From positions 89,852-153,851 of the forward strand of contig JBAZJU010000002.1 of assembly GCA_041651155.1 (NCBI GenBank): a stretch of DNA of 64,000 nucleotides, read 5' to 3'. Under the pieces are notes generated by a model that did no database searches, was not told where the DNA came from, and saw only the letters and a list, made by a program, of their open reading frames with translations. Both the position numbers and the translations under genes were made by a program. The DNA is from Patescibacteria group bacterium (lineage in GTDB: Bacteria > Patescibacteriota > Patescibacteriia > CAIXNZ01). This document shows positions 28,490 to 38,591 of this stretch, piece after piece; the first letter of the stretch is position 1, and each line of letters starts with the position of its first letter.

Positions 28490-29944
28490 TTAAATAGAAC
28501 CGTCAATTTTTTCAGTTTCTGGCTGACTTTTAAGGCTAAGTATTTCTGCCGCTAATTCTTTAGAAAAACCCTTCATAAAATATAAAGTTATCAAATATAT
28601 TAAAGTCGCCAAAATTAGCTGTAAAATGACGTTTTGACCAGCTAATAAGTATAAAAAAATTGACATTACAATTGAAGCCAAGGTCGCCTTAAACAAAATT
28701 TTAATTGAGGGCAAAAACTTAATCGTTCGGTAAGTAACCAGGAAATTGAAAATAAAAATTAGAGCTTCAGAAACAATGGTAAAGGCAGCAGCGCCATAAT
28801 AGCCATAAATTGGAATCGTTATCAGATAGCCGGCTAAAGACACTATAGCCACGAAAATATAGGCCCCTACCATTTTTCTTTGTTTATCAATCGCGACCAC
28901 GGTAAAACCAAACAGAGAATTAATAAAAATAATAGCAGTAGCAAAAATAATTATTTTTAAGATAATACCGGAATCAGTAAAATCAGGGCCGGCAATTAAA
29001 ACCATTAAATCTTTGGCAATAAATAAAGTGCCAAAAACCATGGGTACGGCAATTATTATCAGAGCATCAAAGGTGCTTTGGAAAATTTCTTTAAATTTCG
29101 CATAATTTTTTTGCGCCCAGTGCAGTGTTAAGATTGGGAAAATTAAGCCAATGAATAAATAGATAAAATTTGTCAGGATTTCCAGGACTCGATAAGGCGC
29201 GTTATATATTCCTACTTCTGCCTGCGAGCGAAATAATGAAAGAATAATAGTGTCAGCTTTGAAATAAACTAAGTTTAGGGCAATGGTAATGGCAATGGGC
29301 CAGGTGGTCTTTATAATTTTTTTCCAGATAGTCCAGTTGAAGGCAAAAGAAATTTTGATATACTTTAAAACAAAAATATAATTTAATAAAAAATTTATAA
29401 AGCTGCCGAGTACTACGGCCAGCATTATAAAAAGAAGTCCTTTGTTTAAAAGGGCGAATATAAAAACCAAGGCTAAAAGCACAATGCGTCCCGCCACTTC
29501 AGCAAAAGTTACGCCCAGCATCTTTAATTTTTTTTGGAACAGGCCAATAATAATTATATTCAGGGCAGAGAAAAAATATGAGATAGTGGTAACAGCCACC
29601 CCGAGTTTAATCAGATTATCATAAGGAAAAAATAGAACCACTAAAGGCGCCAGGCCCAAAAAAATAAAGGCGCTGATAAAACGCAGGGAAAAAACATTAT
29701 TAATTATTTTTTGCTGGTCATAATGCGGATCGGAAATTAGCCGGACTACTGTTACTGAGAGGCCGAAATCTACGAGGATAGCAAAAAATTGTAAAAAGGC
29801 GGTAATGGTTGAATACTGGCCAAAACCAATTTGCCCCAGATAGCGAGTCATAATAGCAATAGTCAGCACGCCTAAAATAGTGCCAATTATTTTACCGCTG
29901 AATTGGATAAGTGTATTGTGGGCAATTTTTTGGGTTAAACTCAT
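28490..29944 (-). CDS. Wzx-like oligosaccharide flippase (MOP superfamily polysaccharide biosynthesis protein)
   Basis: About 14 TM helices, roughly 480 aa. ORF track start 29986 reads through a pyrimidine-rich leader; ATG at 29944 (MSLTQKIAHN) is the likely start. Confidence 0.55.
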   Translation of the reverse strand: MSLTQKIAHNTLIQFSGKIIGTILGVLTIAIMTRYLGQIGFGQYSTITAFLQFFAILVDFGLSVTVVRLISDPHYDQQKIINNVFSLRFISAFIFLGLAPLVVLFFPYDNLIKLGVAVTTISYFFSALNIIIIGLFQKKLKMLGVTFAEVAGRIVLLALVFIFALLNKGLLFIMLAVVLGSFINFLLNYIFVLKYIKISFAFNWTIWKKIIKTTWPIAITIALNLVYFKADTIILSLFRSQAEVGIYNAPYRVLEILTNFIYLFIGLIFPILTLHWAQKNYAKFKEIFQSTFDALIIIAVPMVFGTLFIAKDLMVLIAGPDFTDSGIILKIIIFATAIIFINSLFGFTVVAIDKQRKMVGAYIFVAIVSLAGYLITIPIYGYYGAAAFTIVSEALIFIFNFLVTYRTIKFLPSIKILFKATLASIVMSIFLYLLAGQNVILQLILATLIYLITLYFMKGFSKELAAEILSLKSQPETEKIDGSI

Positions 29945-30467
29945 ATGTATAAGGGTAAGATGAGGAAAAAGAGTAAGAAGGGTCATCCTACGCTCCTGCC
30001 TTCGTTGAAACTTCGGCAGGCAGGAAAACTTCGGATGACAAGTAAAAGGGGGTAAGATGGGATTTCCTTTAGGTAATCATAACAAAAAGAACGATTTTAA
30101 TAAATGTTCGGAAATTAATTAGGTACTAAATAAACTGATAAATTGAACTCATATTTTTAGATACAGACTTAAATCCTTATATAAAATTAGCCTAAAATTA
30201 GTGAACAAAATTTTTATACAAAAGAGGGTTTTTCATTGAATGGGCTTGACATAAATGGTATAATTATAATATAAAAATGCGAATAATATTTTAATGCAAA
30301 TGCCACCTACCTTCGCTCCTTTGGAGCTACGGCAGGCAGGCGAATATTTAAAATCCGAATACAACTCTGCCCCAATTTATAACGTAAAGTCCTCAGTCTT
30401 TCGAAATTCGCAGATTCGCATTATTCGTAGATTAGCATTCAAAAAAAACAAAAATAAAAAAATACCT

Positions 30468-32648
30468 ATGAAAAATCAAACTGCCTATTTATTTGGCTGG
30501 AAATATAACCAACTGCAAAACAAAGCTGTGATAAAAAAAAGGTCGCAGATTGACTTTTTGATAAGCATTATCATAGCTTTTTTAATTATCATTGTTATTT
30601 CCCAGCTCTTGTCCCGCTTAGATCAAGCAATCAGAGTGCCATTAGGCAATACTGATTTTTCTTTAATTAATCCTTTGGCTATTAATCGAGTTTTAGCAGC
30701 TGAAAATGAAGCCATTAAAATGATTCAGTCGCAGAATGATTTTGAAATGACAAAAAGCGAAAAGATTGATTTTTCGGTCGGGTTTAAAAATAATGGTTCA
30801 AGCGTTTGGCAAAAAACAGGTTCAGGCAAAGTTGAATTGCGCAGAGTGGATTCCAGCGGGTTGACTTTTAAAGCTTCTTTAGCCAGTGCAGAAAATAAGC
30901 CGGGTCAGATCGGTTATTTTTACACTACATTACTTGCGCCCAGCAGTGTAGGCACATATAAATTTAATTATGTTTTAGTGCGTGATGGCAAAACAAAAAT
31001 TTCCGGCAGCGAACTTCAAATTGTTATCAAGGTAGTTGCTAGTAAATCAGTAGCAAGTTCAACAATTGCCAGTCAAGCCATTGCCACTGCGTCAAGCCAG
31101 TCCGTGGCAAGTTTGGCAGTCGTAAATTCCAGCGCTGAAGCCATTAAAATGATTCAGTCGCAGAATGATTTTGAAATGACAAAAAGCGAAAAGATGGATT
31201 TTTCAGTCGGGTTCAAAAATAATGGTTCAAGCGTTTGGCAAAAAACAGGTTCAGGCAAAGTTGAATTGCGCAGAGTGGATTCCAGCGGTTTGGCTTTTAA
31301 AGCCTCGTTAGCAGCTTTAGAAAATAAGCCTGGCCAAATAGGTTATTTTTACACCGCATTAACAGCGCCCAGCAGCTTGGGCACATATAAATTTAATTAT
31401 GTTTTAGCGCGTGATGGCAAAACAAAAATTTCCGGCAGTGAATTTCAAATTGTTATCAAGGTAGTTGCCGCAAAAACTAAGACAAATACTAGTCCATCAA
31501 CTAACAATGCTACTATTGCAGCGGGTAATCAAAACAAGCCGGTTGGCTTGGCTGAAATTTGTTTAAGCATTAAGCCTGCTGATTTTAAAGCTGCCATGGT
31601 TGACCAGCGTTTGATTGATGAATGCTTGAAAATTGGGATTAGCGTGACAAATGAAGGTACTTCATATATTAATCTGCAGCCAAGTCCAGTACCTGTGCCC
31701 GCGCCTACACCAACGCCAGCTCCTGTGCCAATTCCTACACCAACACCTAATCCAACTCCTGTGGTTGATTCAAGTTACGGGCCTTTAGTTAGAATTGGCT
31801 TATATTCTACTAGTAACCCAATTACAATAACTGCCAATTATTCATATAAAGTAAAAGACCAAACTCAAACTGTTTTGGCTACAGTTCCAGCCAACATTCA
31901 AAGCCAAATTACTTTTAATTTTTCATCTAGAACTTATAGCTTAGTAGCTAATGGTACAAATTTAGCCACAAGTTCATATTTACGCTTTGAATCTGATTCA
32001 GCAAATACAGTTTTTGAAATAGTCTCCTTAAATTGGCGACCAGCCTGGAACACTAGTTTAAATGATAATAAGTTTTTAGGTGCGATAGAAGTCAGATATA
32101 GTCCTAATACTAACAAGTTATGGGTGATTAATGAATTGGCTGTGGAAAATTATTTGAAAGGTTTAGCTGAAACAAGCAATGATTCGCCTTTAGAATATCA
32201 GAAAGCTTTAGTCACTGCGGCGCGCACCTATGCCATGTATCATTATAATCGCGGCACAAAACATGCGGCTGAATATTATACTTTAGATGCAACTTATGAC
32301 CAGGTGTATAAAGGTTATAATTCCCAGATACGTTTGCCAAAAGTTTCACAAGCGGTAGAAGAAACTAAAGGTCAGGTTGTAACATATAATGGCCAGGTAG
32401 TTGTCACTCCATATTTTTCATATAGTGATGGCCATACCAGAAATTGGGAAGATGTTTGGGGCGGCAGCTCAGTCGCTTGGTGCCGTTCAGTAGCTGAACC
32501 AGCTGGTTATGACAAAACTACAATGTATGGACATGGAGTTGGCCTTTCAGCTCATGGCGCCTTGCACTTAGCAGTTTATTATAATTACACCTTTGACCAG
32601 ATTTTGAAATATTATTACACTGGAATTGAGCTGAAAAAGATTTATTAA
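30468..32648 (+). CDS. Membrane-anchored SpoIID/LytB-domain protein with an internally duplicated roughly 145-aa domain and a Pro-rich linker
   Basis: C-terminal SpoIID/LytB signature (ALVTAARTYAMYH...YFSYSDGHTRNWEDVWGG...HGVGLSAHGA). Likely start is ATG at 30468 (MKNQTAYLF, TM helix follows); the ORF track TTG/ATG at 30294 lies in a repeat element. Confidence 0.6.
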   Translation: MKNQTAYLFGWKYNQLQNKAVIKKRSQIDFLISIIIAFLIIIVISQLLSRLDQAIRVPLGNTDFSLINPLAINRVLAAENEAIKMIQSQNDFEMTKSEKIDFSVGFKNNGSSVWQKTGSGKVELRRVDSSGLTFKASLASAENKPGQIGYFYTTLLAPSSVGTYKFNYVLVRDGKTKISGSELQIVIKVVASKSVASSTIASQAIATASSQSVASLAVVNSSAEAIKMIQSQNDFEMTKSEKMDFSVGFKNNGSSVWQKTGSGKVELRRVDSSGLAFKASLAALENKPGQIGYFYTALTAPSSLGTYKFNYVLARDGKTKISGSEFQIVIKVVAAKTKTNTSPSTNNATIAAGNQNKPVGLAEICLSIKPADFKAAMVDQRLIDECLKIGISVTNEGTSYINLQPSPVPVPAPTPTPAPVPIPTPTPNPTPVVDSSYGPLVRIGLYSTSNPITITANYSYKVKDQTQTVLATVPANIQSQITFNFSSRTYSLVANGTNLATSSYLRFESDSANTVFEIVSLNWRPAWNTSLNDNKFLGAIEVRYSPNTNKLWVINELAVENYLKGLAETSNDSPLEYQKALVTAARTYAMYHYNRGTKHAAEYYTLDATYDQVYKGYNSQIRLPKVSQAVEETKGQVVTYNGQVVVTPYFSYSDGHTRNWEDVWGGSSVAWCRSVAEPAGYDKTTMYGHGVGLSAHGALHLAVYYNYTFDQILKYYYTGIELKKIY
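30707..31465 (+). repeat. Near-identical in-frame tandem duplication (2 x about 430 bp) inside the SpoIID-domain gene
   Basis: gaagccattaaaatgattcagtcgcagaatgattttgaaatgacaaaaagcgaaaag occurs at 30709 and 31138; the copies are roughly 90% identical over about 430 bp. Confidence 0.7.
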
Positions 32649-32665
32649 TATTAATATATAAAAGT

Positions 32666-33274
32666 ATGCCAAAATTTACACCAGAAATGCCTCAAGGCGA
32701 AAAAGAAAATAATTTAGAGGCTTATGGTGCATACAGACTCGATCTAAATGATAATTTAGAAGAAGTTCCTGTCCAAGTTCTTGAAAAGTATAAGAATTAC
32801 GCGGAAGAACAATTAAAATGGATTAAAGAGGAGTCTCTAAAAGTTTCCGAGGAATCTAAAGAAGGCTTGGAAGCTTTAAAATATATTTTTTTAATGCTGG
32901 AAAATTTTAGGAAATCAATGTATGAAAAAGGCACTGAAAAATTTCAAGAAGAGATGCTAGAAACATTAGCCAAAGAAGATCTGAATGAAGTATTTTTAGT
33001 TGCGGAGCTTTACAATTTAGTTGATGTTAATGCGTCCGAGTTTGTGCCAGAATCAAAAGATTATGATAAAGAGGTCGTTCTTGATAATGTTAATAGGGCA
33101 ATTGCCAATTTAAAACAGACAGTTTTAAATTTAGCTAAAGCTAAATTTCCCGGAGAATATCAGGAACAATTAAAAGCACATGGTGAGGATTGGAAAAGGC
33201 TTGATCAAGGCAGGTCATTTGAGGCCATGTCTAAAAGCATTGGGCAGGAGCTAATAGATGCTCTTAAAAAATAA
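32666..33274 (+). CDS. Hypothetical acidic coiled-coil protein
   Basis: 202 aa, Glu/Lys-rich, ATG start. Confidence 0.3.
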   Translation: MPKFTPEMPQGEKENNLEAYGAYRLDLNDNLEEVPVQVLEKYKNYAEEQLKWIKEESLKVSEESKEGLEALKYIFLMLENFRKSMYEKGTEKFQEEMLETLAKEDLNEVFLVAELYNLVDVNASEFVPESKDYDKEVVLDNVNRAIANLKQTVLNLAKAKFPGEYQEQLKAHGEDWKRLDQGRSFEAMSKSIGQELIDALKK

Positions 33275-33337
33275 GTGCATATAAATAAAAAAGAAGGCGA
33301 TTGAGTTCGTCTTCTTTTTGTTTTCTTAAATTAAAAT

Positions 33338-33907
33338 TTATTCCTGAGGCTTAATCTTTTCTGCCAGCTGATGCTCAAATTTTTTGTCCTGTTTTTCTAA
33401 AAAGGTATTTATAATTCTGACTATTTCAAAGGGCTTAGGCACTTGGCGGAAAATGAATTTTTGCACTTCGCCTGCTGTCTGAATATGCACGTCGCCAAAT
33501 TTGAAAAATGTTTGCAAAACGCCTTTTTGGGAGCCAGACACATCCTGAATGCGGTCCAGATCCTGTTCAGCTATTTCCCTGTTGAAAAGTCCCCGCTGTT
33601 CTATATTGATTATCCTCTGATCAGTGACAATCCAGACATCAAGGTAATAATCAATAAAAGAACTGAATAAAAACATGGCAGTATAAAGGTAATAGACGCT
33701 GGTTAGCAGAAATAAAAAGGGATAAATGTTTTTGTTATTTAAAATCCAGGGCTGAAAATTTTGCAGGAAAAAATAAATCGCTACCGGCACCAAAGCCAAA
33801 AACAAATACATCAGCCATTTGCCAAGCAGGACAATGATGTGCCTGCGTAAAAACAAGATCAGCTTTTCATCTTTTTGGCGGTTAGGGATTTGATTTTCTA
33901 TAAACAT
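33338..33907 (-). CDS. Membrane protein with bacterial PH (bPH_2, YdbS/YdbT-like) domain
   Basis: Two TM helices then WIVTDQRIINIEQRGLFNREIAEQDL...GDVHIQTAGE, typical bPH_2. Confidence 0.45.
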   Translation of the reverse strand: MFIENQIPNRQKDEKLILFLRRHIIVLLGKWLMYLFLALVPVAIYFFLQNFQPWILNNKNIYPFLFLLTSVYYLYTAMFLFSSFIDYYLDVWIVTDQRIINIEQRGLFNREIAEQDLDRIQDVSGSQKGVLQTFFKFGDVHIQTAGEVQKFIFRQVPKPFEIVRIINTFLEKQDKKFEHQLAEKIKPQE

Positions 33908-34509
33908 ATTTTACTGTTAAATGGGGAATTGACTTATGGATAATTATTGCGATTTGTACTATTGGCTGTCATTATCTCCAGCGAATTTACAAATCTTGAT
34001 ACAAATTTACAAAAAGTTTTGGTAGGAACGGTGCTTAAGTCAAAAATTCAAAATAACTCACTAAAGTGCCTTTAACAAATGAATTTCGTAACATTTGTAA
34101 CTAAATTTGTAGTTTCGTTGGGTTTTAAATTATGAATGTTTGAGACCAGTCAATTAGCAGGCCGTATTTATAAGTAATGAATAAAATTAAAGTTACTGCA
34201 GCTAGAAATAAAAAAGTCATTAAAAAACTTAAATAGCTGAGAAACCCAAAAACAAATAAATGGTAGAGATTAATCAGGGCAAAAATAATAAAAATTCCTA
34301 TAAGGATGCCATAGAGGATAAGATAGACTGATATGGAAATCTCTATCATAGATTTTTGGTCAGTGCGTTACAAGATGGTTTTTAGGATACGAATCTACGA
34401 ATTAGCTACTAATAATACTAATAGGTAATTTGGCGAAATTATTAGTAGATTAGTAGTAAATATGTAGATTAGTAGCCAATCTTATTTTAGCAGTTTACAA
34501 ATTTAAATT

Positions 34510-35547
34510 CTATATTAGGGGATTTTGGGAATTTTCAAGCCTTGGTTTTAAGCCCAGATGTTCATAGGCTAATTTAGTCGCGGTTCGTCCTTTAGGTGTG
34601 CGATTTAAAAAACCCAGTTGCATTAAAAATGGCTCATAAATGTCTTCAAGCGTCTCCATTTCCTCGCTTGAGGCCGCGGCCAGTGTATTTAAGCCAACAG
34701 GACCGCCTGAGAATTTTTCAATAATAATTTCTAAAATTTTGCGATCTATTCCATCCAGGCCGAGTTCATCTATTTCCAATAAAGCTAAGGCTTCTTTGGC
34801 CATTGGTTCTGAAATTTTGCCATCTGCTTTAACCTGGGCATAGTCACGAACGCGTTTGAGTAAACGGTTGGCCACGCGCGGTGTTTTTCTGGCGCGCTGG
34901 GCAATGAGCTGGCAGGCAATTGGTTCAATTTCTGTATCTAAAATTTTGGCATTGCGTTCAATAATTTTTTTAATATCTTCATCCTGATAAAAATCCAATC
35001 TGAAAGTGGCGCCAAAGCGGTCGCGCAAGGGAGAAGAAATTAAACTTACGCGCGTGGTGGCGCCGATTAAGGTAAATTTGGGCAGATCTAATCTTAAAGT
35101 TCTGGCACTTGGTCCTTTGCCAATTACAATATCCAGGGCATAATCTTCCATAGCTGGATAAAGCACTTCTTCAATCACTTTATTTAAACGGTGGATTTCA
35201 TCAATAAATAAAATATCACCATTGGCCAAGTTAGTTAATATCGCTGCCAGATCACCAGTCCGTTCAATAGCTGGACCAGAGGTGACTTTAATATTTGCGC
35301 CCATTTCATTGGCAATCACATGGGCCAAAGTTGTTTTGCCCAAGCCAGGACAGCCATGCAGTAAAACATGCTCAATTGGCTCGCCTCGCTTTTTAGCGGC
35401 AGCCATAAAAATTTCCAAATTATCTTTGACTTTATTTTGGCCAATATATTCATTTAATTTTTTCGGCCGCAAAGATTTCTCAAACGCTACTTCTTCAGCT
35501 GACTCTTTGGTGGAAACTATGCGGTTTTGGTCTTGTTTTTTAGGCAT
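34510..35547 (-). CDS. ruvB: Holliday junction branch migration helicase RuvB
   Basis: [22 protein letters not shown] (Walker A), IDEIHRL (sensor), C-terminal winged helix. Confidence 0.9.
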   Translation of the reverse strand: MPKKQDQNRIVSTKESAEEVAFEKSLRPKKLNEYIGQNKVKDNLEIFMAAAKKRGEPIEHVLLHGCPGLGKTTLAHVIANEMGANIKVTSGPAIERTGDLAAILTNLANGDILFIDEIHRLNKVIEEVLYPAMEDYALDIVIGKGPSARTLRLDLPKFTLIGATTRVSLISSPLRDRFGATFRLDFYQDEDIKKIIERNAKILDTEIEPIACQLIAQRARKTPRVANRLLKRVRDYAQVKADGKISEPMAKEALALLEIDELGLDGIDRKILEIIIEKFSGGPVGLNTLAAASSEEMETLEDIYEPFLMQLGFLNRTPKGRTATKLAYEHLGLKPRLENSQNPLI

Positions 35548-35631
35548 AATTTAATTTTATCTTATCTGTTTTTGAGTAAAAAAACAAGGCAATTTAAAAA
35601 GGAATTACTCTAAGTAATCCCTTTTGTTTTT

Positions 35632-36165
35632 TTATTCTGCACAAAGCGCCTTTACTGCTTCTATAAAATCGCGTTGATAATCATTCTCGTTTTCCAGTAT
35701 CCTTTCTTCATTTCCCCCAATGAATAAATATTTTCTTATCACTTTTTTTGCTTCTTTAGTGAAAAGTATTATTTTTTTAGGGTCCCTCCTTATTATTTTA
35801 AAAATATTGCGCGCTGTTTTTTCTCCGCCTATTTTTAAGGCTTTTTCAATAATTTTGTCGTCTGGCGGAGGAAAAGAATATTTCAGGTGCAGGCACGCAA
35901 AAAATGCCCTTTGATTTTCTTCCTTGCAATCTGCCCGAGCCTCCCAGGTAAAATTGTTTTCTCCATTGCATGCCCTGTCTGTATAGTCAAAAAGACTCGG
36001 CTTATTGCTAAAAAATTTGTCCATCAATATACTCCGCGCTTTTAAACTAAGGACGTTGAAATTACTGCCCCAAAGTAAAATTATATCGCGAAGAATATTC
36101 CCATCGCTTTCTTCAATAATAGTTTCAATAACCTTTTTTCCTGTTAGCTTATTTAGGTGCTTCAT
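35632..36165 (-). CDS. Hypothetical protein (about 177 aa from ATG 36165)
   Basis: GGAGGAA RBS before ATG (MKHLNKL); upstream shares the leader motif with the next two genes. Confidence 0.35.
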   Translation of the reverse strand: MKHLNKLTGKKVIETIIEESDGNILRDIILLWGSNFNVLSLKARSILMDKFFSNKPSLFDYTDRACNGENNFTWEARADCKEENQRAFFACLHLKYSFPPPDDKIIEKALKIGGEKTARNIFKIIRRDPKKIILFTKEAKKVIRKYLFIGGNEERILENENDYQRDFIEAVKALCAE

Positions 36166-36523
36166 TTTTTCCTCCTTCGGCCGCTTCGCAGCTGGCTTTG
36201 CCACTGTCTTTAGTCGATATGACTGGCCAGATAGTTAAACAATCAGCTTTGCCTTTATCATCCATTTTCCGAAACCAAAAACGAAAGTCTCTAACCTTGG
36301 TTTTACCAGTTATCATGGGCAGTATAATTTGGGCAGTATCATACCAGTTTAGGTAAACATTTCTTAGTTGTAATGCACTTTTAATATCTTCGTAGCAAAC
36401 AGAAGTATCTGCTGGTAAATTAACCAAATATTCCTTGAGAGCAATTTTTGCTAGTTTAATAATTGTGGGGTGAATTTTTTCTTCGCGCACATTTTTGTCA
36501 GGTTTTTGTTCTTGATTTGTCAT
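36149..36523 (-). CDS. Hypothetical small protein (about 124 aa from ATG 36523)
   Basis: AAGGAGAAAAAA then ATG (MTNQEQK); preceded by a conserved roughly 115-nt cassette. Confidence 0.35.
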   Translation of the reverse strand: MTNQEQKPDKNVREEKIHPTIIKLAKIALKEYLVNLPADTSVCYEDIKSALQLRNVYLNWYDTAQIILPMITGKTKVRDFRFWFRKMDDKGKADCLTIWPVISTKDSGKASCEAAEGGKNEAPK

Positions 36524-36650
36524 TTTTTTCTCCTTCGGCGCCTTGCGCATTTTTAAGTTGTCAAAGTTACAAACCAATTTTCAGCCCGCGACAACTTGTC
36601 TCGGCCTGGAAAAAGGGGGCGACTCGGAGTCGCCCGGAATGATGTGTGAT
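36524..36650 (-). repeat. Terminator-promoter-leader cassette copy A
   Basis: ccgggcgactccgagtcgccccctttt hairpin, then ttgacaacttaaaaatgcgcaaggcgccgaaggagaaaaaaATG; about 90% identical to 37037..37165. Confidence 0.6.
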
Positions 36651-36664
36651 TGTCCGATAATATT

Positions 36665-37036
36665 TTACTCGTAGTCTATTCTTGGACAGTGATTACGCAG
36701 CCGTTTTTGGATTGGTTTCCAAATAAAATCAATGATCAAATTATAGACTATCCAAGCTAGGACAGCTAAAACGCAGAATGTTGGCAATGTTATAAGAGTA
36801 AGCTTGGCTTCTTGGGGGTGAGTCAAAATAGCCGTTATCACGATAGCCAAAGACCCAACAGTTAAAAACATAGTCACGAAGATTGAACAAAATATAGCCA
36901 AGATGCTATAAAGATACGAGCATAGCGTTTGAGGCATCTTGCCGTCAAGCTCTTCGCAGGTGGGCGGGAAACGAAAATCCCTCCCCTCGCTCCAATAGAT
37001 TAAACGATAATGCCAGGACTTTTTATTGATCTTCAT
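36665..37036 (-). CDS. Hypothetical small membrane protein (about 123 aa from ATG 37036)
   Basis: AAGGAGAAAAAA then ATG (MKINKK); two TM helices. Confidence 0.35.
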   Translation of the reverse strand: MKINKKSWHYRLIYWSEGRDFRFPPTCEELDGKMPQTLCSYLYSILAIFCSIFVTMFLTVGSLAIVITAILTHPQEAKLTLITLPTFCVLAVLAWIVYNLIIDFIWKPIQKRLRNHCPRIDYE

Positions 37037-37165
37037 TTTTTTCTCCTTCGGCGCTTTGCGCCTTTTTAAGTTGTCAAAGTTACAAACCAATTTTCAGCCC
37101 GCGATACTTTATCGTGGCCTGGAAAAAGGGGGCGGGTTGCATAACGGCTTCGCCCATGAGTTGTC
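37037..37165 (-). repeat. Terminator-promoter-leader cassette copy B
   Basis: Same roughly 115-nt element as 36524..36650, including the inverted repeat aagttgtc...gacaactt and the TTGACA box. Confidence 0.6.
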
Positions 37166-37185
37166 TATTTTTTTGAAAATACTTG

Positions 37186-37368
37186 TTATCCTTCGCCTGC
37201 TTTTTTTACTGCGTAAAATAGGACAGCCCACCATGCTCCAAAGAATATTGTCATTAGAAATAGGGTTTTTATAGCAGGTAGGGCTTCGGCCCCAAATGAT
37301 TCCCATTGTAGTAGACTGATTGCGCCTACAAAAAGTAAAGCTTGCGAAAATATTTTAATTCCCCACAT
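37186..37368 (-). CDS. Small (60 aa) two-TM membrane protein
   Basis: GGAGGAG RBS 7 nt before ATG; two hydrophobic helices. Confidence 0.4.
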   Translation of the reverse strand: MWGIKIFSQALLFVGAISLLQWESFGAEALPAIKTLFLMTIFFGAWWAVLFYAVKKAGEG

Positions 37369-37626
37369 TACTGCTCCTCCTTTGGTTGATTTGTGAAGAT
37401 CTCACCTTGCCCATTTTGCAAGATATTAAATTATATCTGGGAATTTAATTTTAGTCAATGATTACCGCCTATTATAGATAAATTAAAACATTAAATATGG
37501 CTAAAATGGCTAATTATATTGACAAATTTGCCAAATATGCTATACTTCAATTAGTAGTCGGAATTTTACGAATATTATCAACAGAGGTTCGGCCTCCAAA
37601 TTGGAGGCCGAACCTCGGAAATCCAC

Positions 37627-38370
37627 ATGAATACCAAAGAAGCTTTAGAACAAATTGATATTATTGGCAAAAAAGCAGATATCTATCTGGCTTGTTTGGA
37701 AATGGGCGGGGCAACTGCTTATTCCATTGCCAAAAAAGTGGGACTAAAAAGGCCCACTGTTTATGATATTTTAAGCCAGCTCTTAAATGAGGGGCTGGTT
37801 TATAAATCTTTAAAAGCCAAGAAAAAATATTATTTTCCTGCTGATCCAGGAAGATTATTAAAGAAAGCCAAAGAAAAAGAAGAGAATATCAAGGCGATTT
37901 TGCCTGAACTGGAAAATTTATATAATGCGCCGAAAATTAAGCCAACCATTAAATATTTTGAAGGCAAAGAAGGTATTAAAGAAATGTACAATGACAGTTT
38001 AAAAAGTTTGAAAAAAGGGGATGAGATTTTGGGTTATGTGGGTGAAGGAATATTGCAGTATTTGCCTAAATATTCAGATGAGTATATCGCCGAAAGAGTA
38101 GCTAAGGGAATCAGATTCAGGGGGATATATAAAAAAGAAAAGGGCATTATGGAATATATGGCGAAAAATCAGGAGCAATTACGCACTGTCAGACTTTTAG
38201 ATCATAAGGATTTTCCGGTCAATAATGAAACCAATATTTACGCCAATAAAATTGCGATTGCCAGTTATGGCAAGGAAATGTTTGCCATGATCATTGAATC
38301 AGAAGAAATTGCCAGGGCGCAAAGGGCAATTTTTGAGCTGGCTTGGAGAGGCGCAGAGGGCTTGGAATAA
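37627..38370 (+). CDS. TrmB-family transcriptional regulator
   Basis: N-terminal wHTH AYSIAKKVGLKRPTVYDILSQLLNEGLV is typical of TrmB sugar-responsive regulators. Confidence 0.55.
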   Translation: MNTKEALEQIDIIGKKADIYLACLEMGGATAYSIAKKVGLKRPTVYDILSQLLNEGLVYKSLKAKKKYYFPADPGRLLKKAKEKEENIKAILPELENLYNAPKIKPTIKYFEGKEGIKEMYNDSLKSLKKGDEILGYVGEGILQYLPKYSDEYIAERVAKGIRFRGIYKKEKGIMEYMAKNQEQLRTVRLLDHKDFPVNNETNIYANKIAIASYGKEMFAMIIESEEIARAQRAIFELAWRGAEGLE

Positions 38371-38465
38371 ACCCTTGATTTTTTTAAATAAATAGTATAA
38401 AATAATTTTATCTATAAATATCCCAATTTTTGTTATTTGGGTTTTGTCATTTGGAATTTAATCAA

Positions 38466-38538
38466 GCGGGTGTAGTTCAGTGGCTAGAACGTTTCCTTGC
38501 CAAGGAAAAGGTCGCCGGTTCAAATCCGGTCACCCGCT
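38466..38538 (+). tRNA. tRNA-Gly (anticodon GCC)
   Basis: Cloverleaf GCGGGTG/CACCCGC acceptor, anticodon loop TTGCCAA, T-loop GGTTCAAATCC; no encoded CCA. Confidence 0.8.
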
Positions 38539-38591
38539 CAAGAAGTTTCAAAAATAAACAAAAAGTTATCAGAAAAGACAGGAGATAATAT

